From an uncultured Acidobacteriota bacterium (lineage in GTDB: Bacteria; Acidobacteriota; Thermoanaerobaculia; UBA5066; Gp7-AA6), in the NCBI GenBank assembly GCA_963782585.1, contig CAWAKL010000009.1, positions 9,533-73,532 on the forward strand: a DNA stretch of 64,000 nt. Direction: 5' to 3'. Below the pieces are notes generated by a model. It was not told the origin of the DNA. It saw only the letters and a program-made list of their open reading frames with translations, and did no database searches. Positions 9,070 to 18,650 of the stretch are shown in pieces (positions within the stretch are counted from its first letter, which is position 1; every line of letters begins with the position of its first letter). The position numbers were made by a program, and so were the translations under genes.

Positions 9070-9468
9070 CTAAGCGCGTGCCGGAGTCGCGACCCTCACC
9101 CGGGCGTGGACCTCGGCGAGACGCGCGAGGGCGAGCGCGCCGAGCGCCAACCCGAGGTCGCGGAGAGCGACGTCGAGGTATCCGCCCACGAGCAGGAGGT
9201 TGATGATGATCCCGACGAGCCAGGCCGAGACCACGTATCCCCCGATCCGCGGGTTGACCGCGACGAGCAGCCCGGCGACGATCTCGATCGCGCCGACGAT
9301 CATCATGAACGTGTGGGGCTGCATGCCGAGCGCGTTGGGCACCGCCGGAGCCAGGTACTTGTCCCAGTTGGTCAGAAGCTGGAGGAACTTGTCGAGTCCG
9401 GCGATGATCGGCGCCACCGTGAATCCGAGTCGCAGGATCTGAAAGGCCTGATGCGATCCGTTGTCCAT
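9070..9468 (-). CDS. DoxX-like small membrane protein
   Basis: ATG at 9468 is preceded by GGAGGAG. MDNGSHQAFQILRLGFTVAPIIAGLDKFLQLLTNWDKYLAP...IVGAIEIVAGLLVAV. The upstream part of track ORF 9070..9618 is not protein-like. Confidence 0.7.
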   Translation of the reverse strand: MDNGSHQAFQILRLGFTVAPIIAGLDKFLQLLTNWDKYLAPAVPNALGMQPHTFMMIVGAIEIVAGLLVAVNPRIGGYVVSAWLVGIIINLLLVGGYLDVALRDLGLALGALALARLAEVHARVRVATPARA

Positions 9469-9685
9469 CGAGACTCCTCCTCGGGGGGCCAAAAAAGCAA
9501 GAAGGATGCCGTTTGCGGGCATCCCACCTTCGGCCGGGGTGGCCCCGAAACCGCCCCGCCTGCCCAGACAGAGTGAAACGCGGGCGGCGGGTGACACCTT
9601 CGGAGCCCCCGGCGCCACGGGATCCTCCCGATCAGGAATGCGCGCGGCATCCCGGGCCGTTTATGCTCCTCGCAGAGGAGGATCG

Positions 9686-10012
9686 ATGAAAAAGCTCGCC
9701 GTGGCCGCTGCCCTGTTCGTGCTTCCCCTGGCGTTGTCCGCCGCCGAGCTCCATGGCACGGTCAGCGAGGGCGGCAAGACGGTCGCGGCGGGAGTCGGCC
9801 TCAAGCTCGACTGCGGAGGCACGACGGCGTCCGCGTCCACCGATCAGTTCGGCGGATACAGCCTCAAGATCGCGGCCTCCGGCCAGTGCAAGATGACGAT
9901 CGACTACAAGGGAGCGAGCGCTTCGCTCACCGTGGCCGTTTTCGAGAAGCCCAGCCGCTACGACCTCGAGGTCCGGCAGGAGGCCGGCAAACTCACGCTC
10001 GCGCGGAAATAG
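9686..10012 (+). CDS. Small secreted protein with carboxypeptidase-regulatory-like beta-sandwich
   Basis: ATG at 9686 follows GAGGAGG. Signal peptide MKKLAVAAALFVLPLALSAAE, then LHGTVSEGGKTVAAGVGLKLDCGG...DQFGGYSLKI. Confidence 0.7.
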   Translation: MKKLAVAAALFVLPLALSAAELHGTVSEGGKTVAAGVGLKLDCGGTTASASTDQFGGYSLKIAASGQCKMTIDYKGASASLTVAVFEKPSRYDLEVRQEAGKLTLARK

Positions 10013-10015
10013 CTG

Positions 10016-10981
10016 GTGAGCGACGAGCAGCGAGACGCGCCCCCGCGCCGCGACACCTGGGACAAGGTCGCAATCGTCCTCCAGCCGGTCGGCGGACTGC
10101 TCACGGCCATCGCCGTCGCCGTCCTCGGATTCTGGACCTCCTCGTACCTGCGGGAACGCGAACGGAACGATGCGGTGTTCCGCGAGCGGATGCAGACCGC
10201 CGATACGAACGCCCGCCTCTACTCGGAGCTCACCAGCCGCCGGGAGGAGTCGGAGAGCGCACTCCGGAAAGACATGTTCACCTCGATCATCACCTCGTTT
10301 CTGGGCGCCGGGCCGCAGACGCTCGAGCAGAAGCTTCTGAACCTCGAGCTCCTCATCTACAACTTTCACGAGTCGCTGAACCTCAAGCCGCTCTTTCTCC
10401 ACCTCGAGCGGCAGGTCCGGCAGAGCGGCGAACGGCGCGATCTCGCGCGCCTCGAGCGCGTGGCTGAGGAGGTCGCCAAGAAGCAGATGCTCGTGATCGA
10501 CGAAGGCGGCGAGACGTTCGACGCCACCGTCAACACGAAGACGCTGGCGTTCCCGTCTTCCGACGGCCAGGGCGAGACGCCATTCATCGCGCGGGACCTC
10601 GTCGTCGACGGGATCAAGCGCAACCTCCGCCTCGAGGTCCTCGGCGCCACGACCGACCTCGAGCAGCTCCAGCTGCGCATCACCGTCCGGACCGAGGAGG
10701 GCGGACGCACCGACACGACGGCGACCGAGTTCTGGCTGGGTCACTTCGACTTCCCGATGATCGACAACATCCGGCTGCCGCACGACCAGCGCCTGGCGGT
10801 CGTGTTGAACGCCTTCGACGGGCCGAGCGGCCTCGCCGACGTGACCGTCGCCTGCTTCCCCGGAAAGTACGCGGGCCTGCGCGAGAAGCCCTACTACGAC
10901 GAAGTGCTCGCCAAGCTCCTCGCCGCCAACCGCAGCGCGGCACCGGGAGCGGACACGCCGACCCCCACACCGCGTCCCTGA
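10016..10981 (+). CDS. Hypothetical membrane-anchored protein (one N-terminal TM), no family recognised
   Basis: 321-aa ORF with a GTG start 3 nt after the previous stop. Balanced composition (KDMFTSIITSFLGAGPQTLEQKLLNLELLIYNFHESLNLKPLFLHLER...). TM segment VAIVLQPVGGLLTAIAVAVLGFW. Confidence 0.65.
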   Translation: MSDEQRDAPPRRDTWDKVAIVLQPVGGLLTAIAVAVLGFWTSSYLRERERNDAVFRERMQTADTNARLYSELTSRREESESALRKDMFTSIITSFLGAGPQTLEQKLLNLELLIYNFHESLNLKPLFLHLERQVRQSGERRDLARLERVAEEVAKKQMLVIDEGGETFDATVNTKTLAFPSSDGQGETPFIARDLVVDGIKRNLRLEVLGATTDLEQLQLRITVRTEEGGRTDTTATEFWLGHFDFPMIDNIRLPHDQRLAVVLNAFDGPSGLADVTVACFPGKYAGLREKPYYDEVLAKLLAANRSAAPGADTPTPTPRP

Positions 10982-10999
10982 TCCGGCGTCGAAGGCTTC

Positions 11000-12349
11000 C
11001 TAGGGCGCCGCGCAGGCGGGCTCGGCCCCGAGCAGCGCCGGGCCCAGCTCGCCGCGCAGCGACAGCAGATGCACGCGCTCCAGCAGCGAGTCCAGGTTCG
11101 CCCGGGCGGCCTCCTCGTCGGCGTCGGCGAGCGCCATCTCGCGCTCGTCGAGGTCCACGAGCTCACTCCGCCCCTCGCGGACGAGCAGCTCCTCGGCGCT
11201 CCGCGTCCGGTCGGCGATCCCGCGGGCCCGGCGCGACAGGCTCCTCTCCGCCATCGACCGGGCGACGGCGGCCTCGGCCCGCCGCACGGCCATGTCGAGA
11301 TCGTTCTCGCGCGTGCGCAGCTCCGCCTCGGCACGCTCGAAGCGGGCGCGGGCCTGCCGCTCCCCGTCTTCGAACCGGCCTCCCGTCCAGATCGGCACGA
11401 TGATCGAGACGCCGACCGCCACGGAGTCCGGCGTGAAGTTCAGGTAGTAGTCGTCGTAGTTGTTGAATTTCGCGAGCCGCCGGTACGACGCCGAGGCGAC
11501 GATGGTTGGCGCCCAGCGTTTCGACTCGAGGTTCGCGGATTTGGAAAGGAGGGCGACCTCGCGCTCGAGCGACGCGAGCTCGGGGTCCGCGGCGCGCGCC
11601 GAGTCCAGATTCTCCGTCGCCGTGAGCTCCGGAACGACCGCGTCGGGATCGCCCGCGAGGTGCAGAGGCGCGCTGCCCGGCCAGCCGATCAGGCGCTTGA
11701 GCTCGAGCTCGCCGAGGTCCCGGTCCGACTCGGCGTTGAGGACCTTCTGGCGGGCCCGCGCGGCCTGGAGCGTCGCCTCCTCGAGCTCGAGCTCCGAGCG
11801 CCGGCCCTCCTCGTAGAGGGCGGTCGTCCGGCGGGCGATGGCGTCGGCGGCTTCGAGCCGGCGGCGGGCGGCGTCGACGCGCGTTCCGTCGAGATGGGCG
11901 CGCCCGTACGCGGCCACCGTCGCCTCCATCGTCGCGCGGCAGGAGAGCGCGAGTGACGCGTCGACCGAGGAGGCCGAGGCCTCGGCGCGCAGCGCCGCCG
12001 AGCGGCGCGCCGGGTCATAGATCGGCTGCACGACCTCGACGGCGAAGAGCGACGGGACCTGGCCCACCACGAGCGTCGGCAGCCCGTAGGTGTAGCCCGG
12101 CGTCGTCGAGAAGTACGCCGACGGCATGAACGCGTCGCGGGCGAGCTCCGCCGATGCGGCGCCTTCCTCCCTCGCCGCCCGCGCGGCTGCGAGGCCGGGG
12201 GCGCGCGCGAGGGCGAGCTCGACGGCGCGGCGAAGCGTCAGCGGCTCGGGAGCCGCCGCCTGGCCGCGGGCACCGGGCGGAAGCACGGCCATGCCGAGCA
12301 GGGCGAATCCGACGATCTGAATACGAATGCGAGTCCAGCGACTATTCAT
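11000..12349 (-). CDS. TolC-family outer-membrane efflux protein
   Basis: 449 aa with signal peptide and a typical start LTLRRAVELALARAPGLAAARAAREEGAASAELARDAF, followed by two repeat halves rich in coiled-coil segments. Its start overlaps the permease stop by 8 nt. Confidence 0.85.
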   Translation of the reverse strand: MNSRWTRIRIQIVGFALLGMAVLPPGARGQAAAPEPLTLRRAVELALARAPGLAAARAAREEGAASAELARDAFMPSAYFSTTPGYTYGLPTLVVGQVPSLFAVEVVQPIYDPARRSAALRAEASASSVDASLALSCRATMEATVAAYGRAHLDGTRVDAARRRLEAADAIARRTTALYEEGRRSELELEEATLQAARARQKVLNAESDRDLGELELKRLIGWPGSAPLHLAGDPDAVVPELTATENLDSARAADPELASLEREVALLSKSANLESKRWAPTIVASASYRRLAKFNNYDDYYLNFTPDSVAVGVSIIVPIWTGGRFEDGERQARARFERAEAELRTRENDLDMAVRRAEAAVARSMAERSLSRRARGIADRTRSAEELLVREGRSELVDLDEREMALADADEEAARANLDSLLERVHLLSLRGELGPALLGAEPACAAP

Positions 12350-13547
12350 GGTGAAGCGCCTCCGACGGGTTCAAGAGCGAAGCGCGGTACGCCGGTACCG
12401 CGCCGAAAACGACAGCCACGCCGCACGAAAACAGAAACGCGATGACGGCCGAGAGAATCGACACGCGGACGTCGACGCCCCGCACGAAGAGCCGCGCGAG
12501 GTAAGGCAGGCCCAGTCCGACGCCGACACCGATCGAGGCGCCCATGACTCCGAGCGAGAGCGCCTCGAAGAGGAACTGGCCCAGGATGTCGCGCCGCCGC
12601 GCTCCGACGGACATGCGCACGCCGATCTCGCGCGTGCGCTGCTCGACCGAGGCGAGCAGGATGTTCATGATGCCCACGCCGCCCACGACGACCGAAACCG
12701 CCGCCGCCAGGATGAAGACGACGATGAGGGCCACCGAGATCGCGCGCGCCAGGCGAACGACGGTCGTCATGCTCTCGACCTCGTAGACCGAGCCCGGCCG
12801 GTGCCGCTCCGCGAGGATCTCCTCGACGGCGCGCACGGCGGTCGGAAGCGAGTCGAAGTTCCGCGCCTCGGCGAACAGGGTTTTGATCTGCCGCGTGGGC
12901 GTGTAGTACCAGGCGACGGAGGCCGGGATGAGGATGGTCTCGGGCACGACTTCGCCGCGGCCGAGCGTGTCGACGGGCTCTTCGAACTCGCCGATGACCT
13001 GGAAGGTCGTTCCGAGCGTGCGGATGGTCTTGTCGGGCGACTCGTCGTTCGCGAAGAGCTCGTCGTAGAGGTCCTTGTTGACGACGCAGACCCGGGCCCG
13101 CTCGAGCATGTCGTCCTCGTCGAGAAAGCGGCCGCGGAGGATGCGCATGTTCTTGCGGACGTCGCCGTAGTTGGGCAGGACTCCGAGAATCGTCAGCGTC
13201 TTCGACTGCGACTGGACCGTGACCGTGCCGCGGAGGGTCAGGATCCCCGTCACGCCGGAGAAGAGGTCGGTGCGCCCGGCGATGGCCTGGATGTCGGTAT
13301 CCGTCATGACGTCGTCGGCGGCGCGCGAAACGCCCGCGGTCACCGTGCCGCGGTAGTTCGCCCAGACGAGCTTCGAGCCGACGCCTTCGATCTGTCGCAG
13401 CACGTATTCGCGCCCGGTCAGGCCGAGGCTGACGACGAGGATGATCGCGGCCGTCCCGACCACGAGGCCGGCGAGCGTGAGGGACGTCTGGACGGGATGC
13501 TTGCGGAAGCGATCGACCGCCATCCCGATGACTTCGCGATTGAACAT
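12342..13547 (-). CDS. MacB/FtsX-type ABC transporter permease (no fused ATPase domain)
   Basis: 401 aa. N-terminal TM, large periplasmic domain, then three C-terminal TMs with REIGVRMSVGARRRDILGQFLFEAL (FtsX motif). Confidence 0.88.
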   Translation of the reverse strand: MFNREVIGMAVDRFRKHPVQTSLTLAGLVVGTAAIILVVSLGLTGREYVLRQIEGVGSKLVWANYRGTVTAGVSRAADDVMTDTDIQAIAGRTDLFSGVTGILTLRGTVTVQSQSKTLTILGVLPNYGDVRKNMRILRGRFLDEDDMLERARVCVVNKDLYDELFANDESPDKTIRTLGTTFQVIGEFEEPVDTLGRGEVVPETILIPASVAWYYTPTRQIKTLFAEARNFDSLPTAVRAVEEILAERHRPGSVYEVESMTTVVRLARAISVALIVVFILAAAVSVVVGGVGIMNILLASVEQRTREIGVRMSVGARRRDILGQFLFEALSLGVMGASIGVGVGLGLPYLARLFVRGVDVRVSILSAVIAFLFSCGVAVVFGAVPAYRASLLNPSEALHHE

Positions 13548-13569
13548 GCCCGTCGCCTCGCGGACCGCC

Positions 13570-14727
13570 TCAGGCGCTCGGCCGGACGCGCAGGCCCTCG
13601 GAGAGGGCGGTCGAGCCCGGCAGGATGACGGCGTCCTTCTCCGAAACGCCGCCGAGGATCTCGACCTCGGTCAGGCCCGAGAGTCCGACCTGGACCTCGC
13701 GGCGGCGCGCCCGCCCGTCCTCGGCGAGGTAGAGGAATCGCTTCTCCCCGTCGCGGAGCACGCTGGCCCGCGGAACGACGAGCGTGTTGCTCTTCTCGCC
13801 GGCGACGATCTCCACTTCGACCGCGGCGTTCGTCGGCAGGCGGTGTGAGGGGTCGGCCACGTCGCCGAGCACCTCACCGACTTCGCGGCCCTCGATCCGC
13901 GTCAGCCCCGGGGAGACGAAGGTGACCGTCCCTTCCCACTTATCCCGCGGAAGACCGTCGAAGGAGAGGATCAGACGCTGGCCGACCGCGATCCGCGGAA
14001 GGTCCGGCTGGTCGACCCGCGCGCGCAGGCGCCGCTTCTCCGGATCGACCACGCTGGCGACGACCGCTCCGGCCGCGACCGTTTCGCCGACACGGCGCGG
14101 AAGTCCGTACACGACGCCGGGCCCCGGAGCCTTGAGAGTCAGCGCGGCGACTCGCCGCTCGAGCTCGGCGGCGGAGCGCTCCGCGAGGGCGAGCCGCGAG
14201 CCGGCGCCATCGAGGCCCTCGGCCTGCGCGCGGGCGGCACGCGTCCGATCCTCGGCCTGCCGGAGGGCCCGTTCGTCGGCTTCGACGCTGGCGCGCGAGA
14301 TCGCGCCGCTCGACAGAAGGCGCGCGTCGGCCTCGACCACCTCGCGCTGGTGCTTCTCCGCCCGTTCGGCCTCGGCGAGATCGGCCCCGGAAGTCGCCCG
14401 GTCGGCGCGCAGCCGCAAGGCCTCCGAGCGGGCGTCGAGCGCCTTCTGCGAGAGCTCGGCGTTCTCGAGCCGGACGAGCGTGGCGCCGGCGACCACCCGA
14501 TCGCCTTCGCGGGCCGGGATCTCGGCGACCGTCGCCGCTTCGGCCGATCGCAGCTCACCGCCCGGCGGCGGCTCGAGCGTCCCGTCACACTGGACCGGGA
14601 CGATCAGGTCGCCACGGCGGACGTCGACGACCTGCACCGGGACCCCCTTCGGCCGGGTCAGGGCCGTCAGAAGTACCGCCACCAGGGCAAGGCCGGCGAG
14701 GCCGGCCACCCAGCGCCATCCCCTCAT
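13570..14727 (-). CDS. HlyD/MacA-type periplasmic adaptor (membrane fusion protein)
   Basis: 385 aa. N-terminal anchor, a barrel-sandwich plus coiled-coil hairpin region (AELSQKALDARSEALRLRADRATSGADLAEAERAEKHQ), and a C-terminal beta-barrel. Confidence 0.85.
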   Translation of the reverse strand: MRGWRWVAGLAGLALVAVLLTALTRPKGVPVQVVDVRRGDLIVPVQCDGTLEPPPGGELRSAEAATVAEIPAREGDRVVAGATLVRLENAELSQKALDARSEALRLRADRATSGADLAEAERAEKHQREVVEADARLLSSGAISRASVEADERALRQAEDRTRAARAQAEGLDGAGSRLALAERSAAELERRVAALTLKAPGPGVVYGLPRRVGETVAAGAVVASVVDPEKRRLRARVDQPDLPRIAVGQRLILSFDGLPRDKWEGTVTFVSPGLTRIEGREVGEVLGDVADPSHRLPTNAAVEVEIVAGEKSNTLVVPRASVLRDGEKRFLYLAEDGRARRREVQVGLSGLTEVEILGGVSEKDAVILPGSTALSEGLRVRPSA

Positions 14728-14768
14728 CCCTCAATTCTAAGGGTTTGTGGCGGCGGGCCTTTCGGCCT

Positions 14769-17115
14769 TCAGGGGCGTTCCAGGACGCGGGGAGCGGGCC
14801 GGGGGAGCGGGAGCGGCTCGGCGTGGCGCTCGACGGGCGCCACGACGACGAAGGCGGCCTTCTGCCGGTAAGCCTCCCCGCCGGCTCCGCTCACCGTGAG
14901 ACGGACATCGAAGCGGCCGCCGGAACGGTACACGTGCTCGGGGTCCCGCTCGTCGCTGGTCGCGCCGTCGCCGAACTCCCAGTGCCACGCGGCGGCCCCG
15001 GGAACGTTCGAGGCGTCGTGGAACTGGACGGCGAGGGGCGAATCTCCGGCCACGACCTCCGCGGTGAAGTCCGCGATCCCCGTCCAGGAAATGCGGAAAA
15101 CGCTCGCCCCCGCCTCGGTCGGCGTCGCGGCGCCGAAGTTCTTGTAGAGGTCGGAGAAATAGAGCCCGTCGGGCCCGGCGGCGAGCGCGACCGCGGTCCC
15201 GCGGCCCGCGCCGCTGTATTCGAGAAGCGGCGCCGGCGTACGGACGAGATTGCCGGCGCCGTCGAGAACGATTTCCGTGATTCGTTTTCCCAGAGCGTTC
15301 GGCCCGGGCGCGTAGGTGGGGCCGGACTCGGTGACGTAGCCGTGGTTGAGCTTCTCCGGCGGAAAACCGCTGCCTCCGAAAGTCGAGAGCTGCGTGAACG
15401 CGAGATTCACGGGGGCGTGCGACGGGAACCACGTGTACGCGGCATGGGTATGCATGCTGCCGTCCGATCCGTCCCAGCCGTAGTTGCGGCCGGCGACGAC
15501 CTTCGCGAGTCGATCCGTGCCCGGACCGTTCTCCACTTCCCAGAGGGCGCCGTCGGCCTCGCGCCAGGCGCCCCCGAACGGATTACGCAGCCCGACGGCG
15601 AACAGGAGGTCCTTGTCGGTCAGTCCGTCGCCGGCGTTGTAGAACGGATTGTCGGCGACCGGCGCGCCGTCGAGCTCGACGCGAAGGATCTTGCCGCGGA
15701 CCGACTCGAGATCCTGCGCGGGCGACGTCAGCAGCCCGTCGCCGATATGCACGTAGAGCTTGCCGTCGGGGCCGAGCGTCACGGTGGACGTCTGGTGGGA
15801 GGCGCCCATGGGCTCGTCGGGAAACTGCAGGATGGGCGTTTGAGTCGCCGCGGTGCGGCCCCCGTCTTCGCTGTGGAGACGGCGGACCTCGGGAAAGTGG
15901 GAACTGGTCTCGCCGGCCACGGCGAAGACCGAGCTCACGAAGACGTCGCCGGTCGCGGGCTCGACGACGATTCCCACGAGCCCCTTCTCACCCGAGCCGG
16001 GAAATCCTCCGGTGGGATCGAAGTTCAGCAGGTTCGTCGCGTAGTCGGAGATCGCGCCGGACCGCGTCACGAGCTTGATCGAGCCGTACAGCTCCGTCAC
16101 GTAGAAAAACGGGTCGTCCGCGTTCGGCCCGGGCGCCGGCAGAAACGCGACGTTGACCGGCAACCGGAGGCCCGTGGCGACTCGGTCGACGCGAAACCCC
16201 GGCTGCCGCACCGCCCAGGGCACGGGAGGCTCGTTGAGCGGCGTCGAGAAGTCGGGCGCAGCCAGCGGGTCGCCGCCGGAGGGGTCGGTGAACGCTCCTC
16301 CGCCCTCGCCGATCCAGAACGCCCGGACCTCTCCCAGGGCCAGATCGACGGCCGGCAGGTAGACCTCGCGGTCCTGCCCGCTGCCGTCGGTGAATGACAG
16401 AACCGAGGCCGGCAGCGTGAGCGCGGAATCGCGGGCCTCGAGGATGACGCGCGCGGCTCCGTGGACGGACAGCACCTCCGCGTTGGTCACGAGATTCGAA
16501 ACGCCGTCGAGGCCGGCGAAGGTGAGCGCCGTCCCGCCCCCCGAGACTTCGAGGCGCAGGCGCGAGGAGCGCGTCTGCACCGCGGGCAGCACGACGTCTT
16601 CGCCCGCCTCGTCCTGCCAGCGCGGCGCCGGAACGACCGAAACGTCCGAGAGCACGAGGGGCCGGATCCCGGAGGCCGCCGTCGTCTGGAACTCGCGCAC
16701 GGCCCAGTCGCTGAAGTCGGTTCCCTCCGGAGGGGCGTTGCCCAGGAATCGCACCCGCAGGCGGTAGGGCGTCGAGGAGTTCAGCTGGTGGCGGCCCTCG
16801 AGCTGGCCGACGAAAGTTCCGTCGCCGAGGTGCACGTGGACGAGGGCCGAGCCCGTAACGCACGGCAGCCGTCCAGACGAGCTCATCGGAGGGGACGTTG
16901 CGGATCTCCCAGTCGGTGCACACGTGGCCCTCGCCGGGCGAGCCGACGAAGGGCCCGGCGACCATGTGGACATCGTAGGGGTTGACCAGCTGGCCGTCGG
17001 AAGCCGGCTCGGTGATCACGGGCGTCGTGACGGTAGCGCTCGAAGCCGTCGAGCGGGACGGGTTCGAGGCCGCCAATACGGCCACGAGGAGCGCGAACAG
17101 GAGTGTGCGTTTCAT
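14769..17115 (-). CDS. Secreted PQQ-type sugar dehydrogenase (SGDH)-like beta-propeller protein with C-terminal PKD domain; one apparent frameshift near 16855-16870
   Basis: ATG at 17115 overlaps the upstream stop (ATGA). MKRTLLFALLVAVLAASNP...CTDWEIRNVPSDELVWTAA lies in one frame, then CVTGSALVHVHLGDGTFVGQ... continues in the 14769..16973 frame. Propeller motifs include GLRNPFGGAW and NYGWDG. The PKD part reads FTAEVVAGDSPLAVQFHDAS...WEFGDGATS...HVYRSGGRFDVRLTV. Confidence 0.75.
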
Positions 17116-18615
17116 TTCGCCGGACTCCCTGTACCTGTACCCGTACCCGTCAGCACGCGGCCGGGACGTTTCCCGGTGACGGCGCCGTCCGACCAGACGA
17201 GCTCGCCGTTGACGTAGACCCGGCTGATCCCGACCGAGAGCTTGCGGGGCTCTTCGAAGGTGGAGCGGTCGATTACGGTCTTCGGGTCGAAGAGAACGAG
17301 GTCCGCCTTCGCGCCCGGGGCGATGCGGCCCCGGTCGGAAAGTTTCATCCGCCGGGCCGGCAGCGACGTCATCTTGCGGATCGCCTCGGGGAGCGGGAAG
17401 AGATGCTTCTCCCGCACGAACCGGCCGAGGACGCGCGGGAAAGTCCCCGCGCCGCGCGGGTGGTCGTTGTCGATGCCTCCATCGGAGGCGACCATGACCC
17501 AGGGCTGCTTGTAGAGGGCGAGGACGTCTTCCTCCCGCATCGAGTGGCCGATGATGTCGGCGCCGCCCTCGCGAACCATGCGCGAGTAGAGAGCGACGGG
17601 CGAGATCTTCTCGTTCTTCGCGATCTGCTCGAGTGTCTTGCCAGCGTACTCGGGATGGGCCTCGCACGCGGTCACGGTGATTCGCGAGGGACCGCCCAGG
17701 ACGCGGAGGGCCTCGGTCACGCTCTGCGGGTTGTCGTACTGCTTGTCGGGAACGATGACCTCGAGATTCGAGTGCCAGGCCTCGTACGGGTAGCAATCCG
17801 CGGTGGCGTCGAGGCCTCCCTTGCGGGCCGCGTCGAAGAGGTCGATCGTTTTCTGCGTCTTCCCCCAGACGCCGACCGTGGCGAGCTTGATGTGGGAGAT
17901 CTCGAGCGGCACGCCCGCCGTCTTCGCGATCGTGATCGCCTCCTCGAACGCCTCGAACGTCTTCTCCGCCTCGTCGCGGGTGTGGGTCATGTAGAAGCCG
18001 CCCAGGCCGCCGGCCGCCTTCGCCAGCGCGGCGACCTCCTCGGTCGCGGAGTAGCTGCCGACGTCGTACTCGAGGCCCGAGGAGAGGCCCGCGGCGCCCT
18101 CCCGCATGCCCTGCTCGACGAGCGCCGCCATCTTCGCGATCTCCTCGGGGGTCGCCTTGCGCCGGTAGTCCTTCCCCATCACGAGCTCGCGCACGGTCGC
18201 GTGGCCGACCATGGTCATCACGTTGACGGCCGGCGGCGAGGCGCGCCGGGCGGCGAGGTAGTCGGCGATGGGCCACGCGGATTCGCCGTCCGGGCCCAGG
18301 ACGAGCGTCGTGATGCCCTGCGATACCTGCGTCTCGGCGGACGGATCGCGGACGAGGCCGCCCTCCGAATGGTTGTGGACGTCGATGAAGCCCGGCGCGA
18401 GCGCGAGCCCCTTGCCGTCGACGACGAGCTCGCCCGCCTTGGGCTGGAGCCTGCCGACCTCGAGGATGCGGTCGCCTTCGATCCGGACGTCTCCGCCCGT
18501 GATCGGCCCGCCCGTCCCGTCCACGAGCTGGGCTCCGCGGATGAGCCAGCGTCGCCGGCGGCTCCGCGGCGAGCAGAGAGAGAGCCACCGCCCACGCCGT
18601 TAAGAAGTGCGTCAT
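17112..18615 (-). CDS. N-acyl-D-amino-acid deacylase (D-aminoacylase) family amidohydrolase; apparent frameshift between signal peptide and mature domain (~18540-18560)
   Basis: Signal peptide MTHFLTAWAVALSLLAAEPPATL starts at ATG 18615 in one frame. LIRGAQLVDGTGGPITGGDVRIEGDRILEVG...PGFIDVHNHSE...MVASDGG... lies in the 17112..18524 frame. Confidence 0.8.
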
Positions 18616-18650
18616 GGCCGGGGATTCTATAGAGAGCTGCGGGGAGAAAC

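Noticed and set aside
17128-17151. Hexanucleotide microsatellite (cctgta/cccgta x4) encoding TGTGTGTG at the 3' end of the D-aminoacylase gene
   Set aside because: The unit length is a multiple of three, so slippage would not change the frame. It is short and at a tolerant C-terminal tail, so a switch function is unlikely.
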